The translations under genes and the position numbers were made by a program. From Atractiella rhizophila (Eukaryota), in the NCBI GenBank assembly GCA_021432655.1, contig MU271436.1, positions 7,209 through 66,185 of the forward strand: 58,977 bases of DNA, written 5' to 3'. Each line of letters starts with the position of its first letter. Position 1 is the stretch's first letter. Shown here piece after piece: positions 36,153 to 48,408 of this stretch. The notes under the pieces are model-generated. The model saw only the letters and a list, made by a program, of their open reading frames with translations, was not told where the DNA came from and did no database searches.

Positions 36153-39100
36153 ATGGCCTCAACGCCTTCCCCGTCAACGTCCAACCCAGCCAATCTCAGG
36201 CATAGGTCTCGTCCTGCGGGCATCAGCAAAGGGGGCAGCAGGGAGTCGTCGACTGACAGAACCGCTTCTCCTCCCCTGACAGCCACAGCGACAACGACAG
36301 CGACGGCCCATAACGAGAAAAAGGAGAAAATAGTATACGGCAAGACTCCAAGTGGCACCGTGTTTCCTCTGCCAACGACGCACTCCTTCCTTCACTCCCT
36401 CTTCTCTCCTTCGACGCACAAGTCCCACCTCGACATCCTCCTCCTCTTTCTCCTGGGCATTCAGGTGTTCCTCTTCTTTACGCTCTCAAATGGAACCGCT
36501 AGATGGTTCTTCATGCTCTACTTTGCTGCATGGCGAGCGGCGTACAATGGTGGACTTGGTTGGATTCTCAAGAGACAGAGTGAACGGCGATGGATTGTGA
36601 GAGAAGTACAGAGGAGGGGTTGGTTCGACGAGACTCAGAACCCAAGAGTTAGGAATTGGATCAAGGCAGAGCTAGAGTGTAAGATGGGAAGTGACTACAA
36701 CTTTGAGGTGAGTCTTTCATCCTTACGTTCAAATTGGAATCAGTCGCTTCTGCTTTCGGTTTTTCTTCAAGCTGAAGCTGTAGAAAGCTCAGATGATTTT
36801 GCTTTGATCCAGAATGCACTCTGTGTCCTGCAGGCGAGCAATGTTGGGTCTGATTTCACGTGCCACGACCAATGTTTGGTTGCGATCGCTGCTGAGGAAG
36901 TTACCTCCGCTGTTTGACAAATTATGTATTCGTTGCAGCTTCCAATGCACTAACTGCAGAAAGAAGCCACGTATTTGATCCCTCTGATCGATCAAGGCAA
37001 CACGTGAAATCGCGTTCCTTGTGAAAGCACGACAATCGTTCTGAGATCTCGCATCGAAAATGTCTGAGAATGTGTGAGATTCTCATTAGCCAGTAGAAGT
37101 GGACCTCTTTTCACAGACTGAAGCCATCTCGACCGCGAAACATGATCCAAAGATTGTGCGCTTTTACCTCGCGGTCCCCATTTGTGAACACACTTCGCCT
37201 GTACACAGTTGCGATGGCAATAGTCTACGCAAGCTGGGAAGGATTTAGGCGCTCTTGCCACAAGTGGCTTCTGCAGGGATGACGATGCAGAACTAAGATG
37301 CCATTGTAAGAATTGGAGGAGAACGCAAACAGTCCTTACGTTTTATGATACTATCGAGCATCTTATCAGGACTAGATGGTTCTGGTACATCCATATATTT
37401 TTGTTACTGTTCCATCGATCAGAACACAGTAGAGAAGCAGTTGACATACACAGGAAGAGTCACGTCAAACACACTGCCCACTGATGGAGGTCCCCATTGT
37501 GCTTCTCCAGTTTCATTAAGTTATGTATCAAGCTCGTTCTCCTTATCCATGTTATTGGGGATCACTTCCAATACGTCCACTTGCACAGCATTGAGAATTA
37601 ACTGGCTCCAACTCGCTCTCAACTTACTGACTTCATGACTGTTTGTAGTCCCTCCCTCTAGAATACAACGTCTGGCTGCTGTTTCGTCATCTCGTAGACA
37701 TCATCTTGATGAATGACTTCCTATCCTAGTAAGTCTCCGTCTCTCACGGGACGCCAGTGCTGACCATTCATGTAGCTGTTTCTTCGCGGTCTCTTGGCTT
37801 CAATTCCCGCGTGGTCACTCAGTCCTTTTCCATGTTATTCGATGGGTAGGTGGCTGGAGCCTTATCGGCTTCAATCTTTGGGTCAAAGTTGATGCTCACC
37901 GCGTAGTCAAAGACTACGCCTGGTTTTGGGGTCCGTTCTCCTCCCTATCTTTACTTTGGTATTTCAACAATCTGTGACACAGGCGATGCATTCTTTCTTA
38001 CCCTCCAGGAACTGGTTTTCGACGGCGTTTTCGAAATGGCTCCTCACCCAATGGTACGTCAGGTTCACTTACCAGTTGGTCAAACTTACTTGGTTCTCCC
38101 CAGTACTCCGTGGGATATGCTGGGTACTATGGCCTTTCTTTGATTGTCTGCTCAGAGACCGTTTTCTTCGTCTCCCTCGTGGCTCACGCATGCCAGTTCG
38201 CCTTTCTGGTCTGGTTCGAAAATCCACGTACGTCTCCCATTGGCTTTCCCTTCGCGGTGAGACTGAAACCACATTCGCGTAGACATTGAACGAACTTATG
38301 GAGAGAAGAAGCCTTTGGCCGCTCGTGTGCCATTGCGCCTCCCAAGCTCGTCAAATATCCCCACAGTGTCGTCATCGAAAGTGCAAGAAGCAGAAGTTCT
38401 TCCATCGAAGGAAAGAGCGCTGTCTCCTTCGTCTTCCGTTCACACTGCAGCCGCATCCATCTTCGACCCGGAGGCGGAGAAGGAAGAAGCGACCACGCCA
38501 TGCGAAACCGCGGATGAGACGGAGACGGAAGGCGAGGAAGAGGATAGAAGAAACCGCGGGAGGAGCGAGAGCGCGCCGAATAGTGAACAGTGGAATATGG
38601 TGGAGAGGAGGGGAAGATCGCGACTGAGGACTGTGTGGACGAAGCATGATCTCGATAATCGTTACTTCAACAACGGGAAGGAGTTGATTGTCTTCAAGAA
38701 TTGGGATCCTCTAAGGTACGCCATGCTCTTTTGCACAGTGGTTGGAGCTAACTGATTTAACTTTAGGGCTCACGACTTTGCCCTGGCACTCGTTCTTGCC
38801 TATTGCTCCCTTTTCGCGGTCTTTCCATCTTTCTCCACAACAGTTCAGACCGCTCTCATTTTCGCGAATGCTTTCTTTTGGCGCATCTTCCTCAGCTTCG
38901 GTTTAGGAGTGATGCTTCGTGCCCAGAGCACGAGCAAATGGCTCGTCCGACAATTTCTCAAAAATTATGGTGGTGGAGCCGTCGAAGAGGCTTTCAGGAA
39001 TTGGAAGAGCATATACAACCTCAGCCTCTGCATGACATATGCGTCTTTCATGGGGCTTGCCTGGAGACTTTCGGGAAAATCTCTTGAATCGACCTTCGGG

Positions 39101-40680
39101 ACGGAGCTTATGCGCTATACCATGGGAGTGGTATGTCTCAACTTCATTCCCTACGGCAAGCGGATTATTGACTCAAACGTAGATGCTCATTGCTTTACAT
39201 GTTTGGGCGGCACAATCGGCGTATGAAGTCTTGGGACCTTTCGGATGGACTTACGGCGATTTCTTTATTGAGGACTATCCAAGCTCCCTTTATTACACCG
39301 GGATTTATCGCTTCCTTAACAATCCTGAACGTCTCATGGGAGGGGCGGCCTTCTTCGGTCTCGCCCTGATAAGCGGTAGCAAACTCGTCCTCGCTCTCGC
39401 CGTTTTCTCAGTCCTTTCTCACTGGTGGTTCCTTTCCTTCGTGGAGAATCCTCACATGCAACGCTTGTATGGAAATGCCATTAGGAAGGAAGCAGGGGTG
39501 ACGAAAACTCTCAGGAAGGTAACGGAGAAGAGCGTAGAGAGAAGGGTACCTAAGTTGACCAAAGTGGTCAAGGAAGTGCAAGGGACAATTGAGAAGGTTA
39601 CTAATGAGATTGCCCATGAAGTGGACGAATTTCTAGAGAAATGTAAGTCCTTTCTCACGGCTTTTTAAAGTCCTTAAACTGGGTTCGACAGCTGCTCCAA
39701 AGTTATCAGGCGTGGTCGAGAACACGAGGTTGCTGATTCAAGAATCAGGACAACGTCTGCTCATCACGTAAGTTGCTTGCTGCTTCTTCTTTTCTTGCGC
39801 TGACGCCCTCCCAGCCGGGTAGCAGCCGATATGTCATCTTATGATACCTCAAAGTATTCCCTGTCTATCAGCAGTCCCCCACCACATAGGTTCCACCTCG
39901 GCTCACCTATCACTCTTCGTTGGTGTGCGCCATCAAACCACTCGAGAAAGGACTGGATCGGGATCTATCGCGTAGGAGACAACAAGTCGAAACTGATGAC
40001 GACCATCGTTAGTGACGGAAAGTGGACTGGCGTTTTTGGTGAAGAATGGAGCGGTAACGATTATGTTGGGGAGAAGGGACGAGAAGGAGGGGAGGGGACT
40101 GTAGTCTTCAAGGATGAAAGACTGCCGAGTCGCCCTGGAAGGTTTGTGATCTTCTACCTTCCACATATAAATGCCTGATTGGGGCTTCCCGAGAATAGTT
40201 ACGAGTTTAGATATCATCATGATGGAAAACATAACGTTATGGCACGAGTTGGACCGATAGAAATTTACGGTTGGTCATGTCTGCCCTGCCTCGATTGTCT
40301 CTTCTCATTCTCTCGTAGTAACAAAGCCTACTACCCCGGTCACGCTTGAAACGATCCACACCGCTCTCCTCTCCAATATCTCCCACTCTCTGTCTCTATC
40401 ACCATCGCTGGTGCCACACAGCGCACGTTCTCTCCTCCCCAGTCAATCAATCTCAGAATTGAAAGAAGGAGAGGAAGTTGGAGATCCGGACGACTTTACC
40501 ATCATGACACCCGACCAAGCGGCGAAGATATCTTCCTCCATCAAAGAAGCATTCGGAGTCGAGATTGGAAGGGAGGTCGTCATCGCCGAGGCCAATGCAA
40601 GACGTCTGGCGAGCTTGGTGGAGGAGGCGAGAAGGGTGTTGGTGCCTTTCGGTGAGAGGAGGGAGGTGAGGACGGAGTAA
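36153..40680 (+). CDS. CHO2: Phosphatidylethanolamine N-methyltransferase
   Basis: [105 protein letters not shown]; 941-nt first intron at 36708-37648. Confidence 0.95.
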
Positions 40681-41167
40681 ACGAAGTGATGTAGAACAGG
40701 TAGAGTTAGAGTTACGAGGTGAAAGAGGCACACAAGAGGATTTTGGATTTTTGATACCCACTTCCAGTTTCAGTTTCACACGCTTCCTTTTTCTTCCCCT
40801 GTTTTCAATAGAGTTACAGCGAATCCAATGGGCAACCATGCTTAACTCATCATCTCTGGTACCCTCCTTACTGACCTCCACGATAATCTGCGTGCTCCTT
40901 CGTTTTCCTCCTTTACCTCTCCGCTGACCCTTCGACCTTCTCCCCTCCTCCTCGTTGTCACTTGCTCGGAGCAAGGTATCGCCCACGCTGACCGAAAAAG
41001 ATCATATCGCGACCCAACGCTTCCCAACGGTTGACAACAGGTTGATTCGGTAAAGAGCTGACCATCAGAGAGCTTGATTAGGTCCAACGCCAGACGATAA
41101 AAGGCTGAGCGAGCGGTTTGAAAGAACAGAAGAGACCTGCATCTAGCCCTGCGCCAGTTGAGCAACC

Positions 41168-41628
41168 ATGCACTTTTTTTACCTATTCACTCTGTTCTCG
41201 CTTCCTTTCATCGCGCAGGCCAAATGGCAGTTGTTGCAGTCTAGCTCATCCGATTGCTCTGGGTCCAGCTTTGGATTCATCGATTTAGAAGCGACACCAG
41301 GATGTCAAGCTCTGACTGGAAGCTCGTTCCAAGTATTTACAAGCTCAGCCATCGTAAGTCGCTCTCTGTTACGACCTTTGTAACATATTCAATGGGAGCA
41401 AGGTCTGTGGTAGAGTGTATGAAACGCTCGCGAACTGTCAAGCATCCACGAACGGAGTAAAGATCTTCGAAGTCTCTCCGGCTTGTTTTCATGCTCCCAC
41501 TTTCGCTAGCACTCATGGATGGACGAGTGGAAAGGTTGGGGCTATCAAGGTACGACAGATCCCATGTCCTGTGCAAAAGACCGAAGCTCAGTTTTGTGCA
41601 GTTCCAAGATTGTTCTGGAGCGGCATGA
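41168..41628 (+). CDS. Small secreted cysteine-rich protein (~120 aa, 6 Cys), effector-like
   Basis: Signal peptide MHFFYLFTLFSLPFIAQA; introns 41354-41402 and ~41550-41601; ends FQDCSGAA*; TATA-like GATAAAAG upstream. Confidence 0.75.
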
Positions 41629-44133
41629 TTGAAGGATACCAGAAAGGCAACATGAATAGGGCTTGGATCTATCGGAAGGATAAGCATAAATAAGCGGGTG
41701 AACATGTAACATGTATGATTTGGCATTTGGTACTCTGACCCAGTATGACGACGATTTTGATTCTGTCCTCACCGTCCCAAAAGGTGGAAGAGAGCTGTTT
41801 AATGTCCTCTGAGAACATTGTAAGGGACAAGGCATGTCCAGGATATATGAATCCTTTCCTTTCAAGGATTGCTGCTCAGGTGGGGAGGCGAGGTACTCTA
41901 TCGAGTACGAAGAAGTTGAGGAGAGAAACTCCCACCCCGATACTGTTGTTCGAGATAGAATCAATAGCACAGTATGAAAGCATCTAGGTCAGATCATAAC
42001 AACTGCGCAACGTTCCTTGTTCTCGGGAGAAAGAAGAGGGAGCTCGAGGCGAAAAGCAAGGCGAAAAGCAGAGAAAGAACCACACACCAGAAACGCCAGA
42101 GCAGCATCCTGCCTTTCCGCTTAAACCATTCAACTTATTCACACCCGGTCAGACACGTTACCGGTTACTTCGTGCCCCAAGTTATGCAATACATCACTCA
42201 CTCTACTGGATCGCAGGATGCAACGGTCACGTGCAGCCACAGTGGCCAGATTGCAAACTGCTCTGGATCCCTTAATTGAAGCAAAAAGTTGGGTTCAGCC
42301 ATAGATTCTTATTAGACAGCGGGTATTTGCGGCGCGAACATATGCAAAACCAGGGTATAGGCTTTGACGTGGCCAAATGTTCCTGTTTCTGTTTGGTGCG
42401 CTATGGCCGGACAAGATAGTAAGCTCTGTAAGAAATCTGTTTAGAAGCCATTGAAGGGTATGCGGACGATGTTTGCAGTTGTTGTTTAGCTGAAGTTGAC
42501 AGGCTCGAAAGACGGCTGAGAGTCCATTCTGAGAACTGGGATCGAGAGAGGATTGGAACCTGGAACTTCTAAGCTGTCAGCCTGCGCATTGGCGTGTGCT
42601 CGCGCTTAAAGGGACGGCGCAACGAGTGGCAGAACAGGATTGCCACCTTTATTTTACTCTCCTCTAGCGGGAGAGCACGAAAGCTCGCTCGATTCAGTCG
42701 GTAGCCTATTGAGAGCATGAAAGCTCGGATGGGGCAACGGAGCCTCCTGTACCTTTGCGCTGTTGTGCAGTAGAAAGGCTCAATCAAGCTTGGTGTGAAT
42801 AGCTATCACTAGTTATCTGTAGAGCTTTTTTGCTATTGCCATCGAGAGACAGCTTGAACGAGCATGGCTCGTACTTTTCTGCATCACTGTTGGACTTAGG
42901 GATCTTTGAATAGCAACAGCTCAGTGTTTCTTTGCGTTGGTTTCGGTGCAGGTGGTTAGTGATTCCCCGTTGGCTGACCAGCAGTAACGTTTATAAAGCT
43001 CAGCATCCTTCAATTTGCTGCTCACCGGTCGCCCGTTGGGCAACAGAGTTCTGCTGTCATACGGTGGCAGCCAAGGGCTAACCCTCATTCTTCTTAACCC
43101 ATCGATCCATCTATTCATCGACTACCACTGGGCAGTGTCGATACCCACAAGACAAGACATCGGGGGGATCGTCCGACCCACGCAACAGTTCATGCTCACA
43201 TAAAAGGCTTTCGACCGTCTGGGTTCGCTCAGATCCATATCCAAGCCTCTTGCTCCTCCGGGAAACCAGTAAATCTTCAGCATACCTCTCCCAAACACTG
43301 TTCCGGCCAGCAGTCGGCACCGTTCACTGACACGCCAGTGCTTTTTGCCTATAGCCAACGATTTGGAGCTGTTAATGACGTTTCCAGTGGAGCTGTGTGT
43401 TAACTTCGTTCGATCCGAACATCATGGCTCGATTCGAATTTCGACCCTGACCTTACCTCCCGACCATATCGAGATCGAATCTGGCGGTTACCACTGCTGG
43501 AAGACATAAGTACCCTTCAGCTCTCTCTCCTCGCTCCTCAGGGCTTCTCTTTGAGGATAAAAGACTCATTTCCACGCCCCAAGTTCAATCGAAGTGCGAC
43601 CTTGTGGAAACGGACGTGGCTGGAGGCATAACGGAGCGAACAAGGTGCGTAGGTTGTACTGAGTTTCATTGACTGAAACACCTTTGGCACTTCTTCGATA
43701 GGTATTAGTAAGTAAATCAACATCTCCATCGACGCATAAATTGAAAGAAACCTTCCGAGCAGGAACAGAGAGAGCAGAAGAGAGAAGGAAAGAGTCGATC
43801 CAAGGATCGAGGATCAAGAAGGATGAATGATGGAACAACTGAGGAATAAAAAGCAACTGAACGGGAATGGAATGGAGTGGAAGGAAGGATATGTATAGTT
43901 TTGAAATGGTTTGGAAAGGAAAGTTGTCGATCTGTTGGTTCTGTTCTCTTGGTTTGTTTGGTGTGGTAGTACTGAGAGTGAGAGGATGGTGCTACAGCAA
44001 GCGAGCAGGTGAACAAGAATCGCGGGGTCTAGGGTCGAAACTGGCCGTCCTGAGAAGGGGAAGACGGGCCGCAAGATGAGAAGGAGGGGTAAAAAGTGGA
44101 GAGGAACAATCGAATCATCCGAAACGGGGGGGA

Positions 44134-44685
44134 TCAAAGACCGGAAAAGCTCTGGTTGCCGTGTGTCTGCCCTAGGTGACCTCGACAGTTATCGCAGTTC
44201 TCATCGATCCTGACAGACGAGACAACAATCTCCTTCTTTCGTCCGTGGCAGAATTTGACTCCTTTCGGGTTCGACCATTTCGAGGTACCGCCGCAGAAAA
44301 GCTCGACTTCCTGTCACCGACAGCGGACAACGTCAGTGTTCGTTCGTTCGTTTGTATGAGAGATGGGTAACGGGGCAGGGAGAAGGATGCTGATTGGGAG
44401 GAGAGAATGTGGAGATTGCCGGGTAATGAGAAGGAGTCAGAACTAACCGTATGAAGATGGTTGCACCTATCCCATCGACCAAGATCAGCTTGTTTGTCAC
44501 CCAACTACGGTGGAATAACTGGAAATCTAGGGACGGAAAGCTCACTTTGCAGAATACCACTGCCACCTCCCACAAAGGCACGCCTGGGGATGCATTGCCT
44601 TGAGACAGTTGTACATAGTGAATTTCTGAGCGTCGATGACGGTGATGTGGTTTCCGTCGAGTTGTTTGGGGTGTGCGACAGGCAT
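44134..44685 (-). CDS. Small (~111 aa) Cys/His-rich putative Zn-binding protein
   Basis: ATG 44685 after a 5'UTR intron. Exons 44685-44584 (GC donor), 44504-44448 and 44310-44134 give ...YNCLKAMHPQLGDKQADLGRWDRCNHLHTEVELFCGG...KFCHGR...ENCDNCRGH. Confidence 0.55.
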
Positions 44686-45012
44686 GGTGATGGATTTGAA
44701 AGTCAAGGGGGCGAAATTGGAAGCTGACTGAGTGGTGAGGTGATACTGTGAAAGAGACACTGATTTTCCACCTTTCTACACGTTTCCCGATGAAATGGAC
44801 ATCAGCTGCCTTATTATCAGGGAAGATAAAGACTCACGCAGGGGAGATACTTTAAGAGGGGATGGAGGTGATGTCCGAAGGTGGTGAGGTCGAGAAAGTT
44901 CTTATCCAGCGACGAGTTGAGCGCGGCGTTAGGACCAAATTAGGTTCTTTTAGTCTATCGACGGTACACTTTGCACCACCATAAAACCACGGAACTTCTT
45001 CTTTGCCTCTCG

Positions 45013-45099
45013 TCCTCGCAATAATTTTAATTTTTTGGCAATCACTCGCGCTCCTTTTCCTCGCAATAATTTAACTTGGCTTTCATCCTCGCAATGATT
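45013..45099. promoter_or_regulatory. Three direct copies of TCCTCGCAATRATT upstream of the 44.7 kb gene
   Basis: Copies start at 45013, 45058 and 45086. Confidence 0.45.
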
Positions 45100-45997
45100 C
45101 TATGCCACCTCAAGAACTTGCTTATACAGCTGCTACGGAAGCACCGGCTGCACTGTTCTACACGTGCTCAAATACACGGCCAGAACCCAACCATAAACAA
45201 CGACGACTTCCATTTCCATCATAATCCAACGCCCAGACGTCACACATAAGCTCCGGGCTGTCCACCGATCGCTTCACACCCTCACCCTGCAACCGGAACA
45301 TGTTAATGAGCTGCGCCGAGCTGGCTAGATACATACGTGCGATTGCGATCCTTGTGACATAGCCGAGCTGAGGTGCGCGCTTTCAGAGCCTTCTCAACGC
45401 TACGTATCAACCATGTACCACTACCATTAACGGTCACGGTGTTGGAACATCGAGCTGTGACGGCTGTCGGTCTCTCGTTCGATTGGATTGGTTGCTGTAG
45501 ATCACAGCAGCTGGCGGGAACGGATTCGGCTGAAATGCACACAAGGCTTTTCGCTCGAAAAACTTCAAATGGCTGCAGAATCAGAATATTCATGCACCGG
45601 TGACCGAGGGACAGCCAAGCAGGCTCACTCATCATTCATGGAGAAGCAGGGGAGGCTAGAAAGGGGAGGGAATGACGGGGTTCTAATACAGTGAATGATT
45701 CATTGTCGCAACTCTCCAGACTCCAGACGAGACGATACACCGAAACAGAATCAAACCGATACCAAATCGCTCCGCCTTAGGAGCCGTAATGAATACTGGT
45801 TATAGTTAACAGTTAACAGTGCGAGAGAGAGGACCAAAGACCAGAAAGAGAGGGGAAGAAAGGAAAAGATGAGCAGATGAGAGAAGAGGCAGTCGAACAA
45901 AGAGTCGAGTTGATACGTCACACGTTTACAGTCACTTCGCCAACCAAACATCCATACCGCTAACTCAGTGAAGAGCGATCGAAAGGAAGCAAGCGCA

Positions 45998-47375
45998 TCA
46001 GTCCCCTCCGTCATCTCCACCACCATCTCCTCCGTCATCTACTCTGCCGGCACATCAGCCATCGTCCTGAGCAGGGAGAGGACGAAGACGAAAGACGAAA
46101 GACGCTTACCTCCGAAATCACCAAGCGCCTCTCCTAACAACAGACCACCCGCCAGCGCCGCTCCTCCGACCAACAACGGGTTTGCTGAACACGGTGCACA
46201 AGGGACATCAGATGCATTATTAATCGGGAAGGGATAAGGCGTACCTCCTCCTAACCCTCCTCCGCTGCTACGGTATTGCTGCTGAGGCGGCGGAGGACCG
46301 TAGCCCTGTTGTGGGTAATAACCGCCTGGAGGGGGTGCACCGTAGTATGCCTGATGAAATGGAACATGAGCAACGGATTCAAGGATTGATAATTACACCA
46401 CTTACTCCTGGAGGTGGAGGACCATAACCTGGATATCCACCGTATGGTCCAGGAGGGGGCGGACCGCCGTATTGGCCCGGATATCCACCGTAAGCCTTCA
46501 CAAAGAGTCAACCACTTGATGCGCAAGTCGAGGTAAAAGCACTCACTCCCGGAGGTGGTCCCCCATAGGCGCCAGGGGGAGGTCCACCGTATCCACCTTG
46601 CGGAGGATAAGGATTGTACGCCTGCTGCTGTTGTGGCGGAGGAGGCGGAGCGGACTGATGGTGTCCGAACAGACCTCTTTGATCAGAAGAACCGCCGGGA
46701 GGACCAGGGGGAGGAGGTCCGGCTGGAGGTCCGTGAGAGGGAGGAGGGGCGTAGGATTGTTTCTTATATTCATCTGTGTCCAGTGGATGATCCCAACCTG
46801 AGCGGGGAGGGTTGGCACGGGTGTCCACGTAGAAGTAGCGGTTGTACTGCTCGTTCCATTGCTTCACCCAACCATCTGGCTAAGATAGGAGAGAGAATTA
46901 GTAAGCTGCTGGAAATACGGACAATAATGCTCTAAGTTAATGCAGCCTTGTTGTTTGAGCAATAGGGTGAGGCAAATGCAGCTTTCAATGTCTTCTCGCA
47001 GTCGAACTCAACATCCATACACACTGTCAATGCGGAGAAAAGAATTGAGCCAAAGATATCATAGGGATACCGCTGCAGACTTTTTGATTGATTGGGAGCA
47101 TGGATCGATCTAAGCAACGACAAGAAAATGCCTAGCCTGAAGAACAAAGGGCACAGAAACGAAATCCACCTGGGGACGCGAGAGCGTGGCCATCTCTCAT
47201 CCGTCAAAAGCTGTTGCAGGTGATGGTCACGTTCGATCCACCAGATCTCTCCAACGTGACAATGAAAACGCCATCCCAATTCGCCACTATCTTTGTCGAG
47301 AGAATCTAGACATACCAAAGCCCTGTCATCACCCGATCCCGAATAAGGTGGAGGTCCACCACCCTCTTTGCTCAT
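45998..47375 (-). CDS. WW-domain, Pro/Gly/Tyr-rich protein (Wwm1-like)
   Basis: PPPY motif; L|PDGWVKQWNEQYNRYFYVDTRANPPRSGWDHP WW domain; GYGGYP repeats; GGAALAGGLLLGEALGDFG...DDGGD* tail; 436-nt intron 1 (47315-46880). Confidence 0.85.
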
Positions 47376-48408
47376 TTTCTCGACTATATACTCGCTGATG
47401 GATGCGCACGAAGCTTGATGGATGGCAGAAGAAGCTGTTGGTCGTGCAAAGCGACCTCCTCGTTCCTTCTTGCCGTCTTGACTTGCGTCGCCGGTGGCAA
47501 TTATTAACCAGTGGCGGTGCAGGCGGACGTACCCGAGATAGGTCGCGAAAAAACGACCACTTTCCGTTTGGCAGCACAGGGGTAGCAGCAGAAGAGGGCG
47601 GAAGAGGGACAGAAGAAGTGGATTAGTGTTAGATATTACCAATCAAAATGGATTCACAAATCACTACTTGGTGGAGCGCTATTTCTGAGTCTGAAGAGAA
47701 GGAACGTATGCTTCCAAGTCCGTTTTCAACGATTTTCGAGAAGAGCAACAGCGCTGCGCACATGCGTAGCTACAACTTCTCTAAATTAGTCTGGAATTAT
47801 TCCATGAGAACTCTGTTGTCGAGAAACACTTTCATCACGTGATCTGCTTGTTCTGTTGTCTTCGGATAGCAATAATACTGTGTTGCTCGTGCTGACAGAC
47901 TTTTTAAGTGCGTAAAATGCAAAATCTCACTTGATTCATGTGCTGCTTTGATATCGCCTTCTTTCATGCTACACTTTTTCCTCCTCCTCATTTTTGAAGA
48001 TTTTGATCTTGCGTCTCTGCCCAACTCTCATTTCGAACGACGAAGATCCTTGGATTCTTTCCCACCTATTTACAAATTAATAGTGCGGAGACCATCTCCT
48101 TATGAAGAAGAATTGCTTGTCCGAGATGGTAGCTTCGTTTCGTGCGTATTGGTGCAGTTTCGTGGGGAGGCTCACGTAGACCACAGCGTCTTTTCCGTTT
48201 AGGATCTTGCAGAGGATCTCCTGACCCGGTCGGTTTCCCTGATAGGCTGACATATCGCTTCTATCTTGCCATGCCATTTGATCTTCCCTGCTTCGCAAGA
48301 GTACCGCGTCGGCGGTAAGTGCGGCATCCCGCGCTATCACAAGATAAAAACGCTCACTGTGCTCTTTCCTCTGCTACTTGCTCATCAACCAACAAGATCT
48401 GAACAAAG

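Noticed and set aside
42047..42070. Short tandem AGGCGAAAAGCA repeat and similar 10-13 bp duplications elsewhere (e.g. ~20954)
   Set aside because: Ordinary slippage duplications; no spacer structure, so not CRISPR-like.
43077..43086. CTAACCCT resembling a telomerase template
   Set aside because: Under 1.5 telomeric repeats, and it occurs several times in the window, including inside coding regions.
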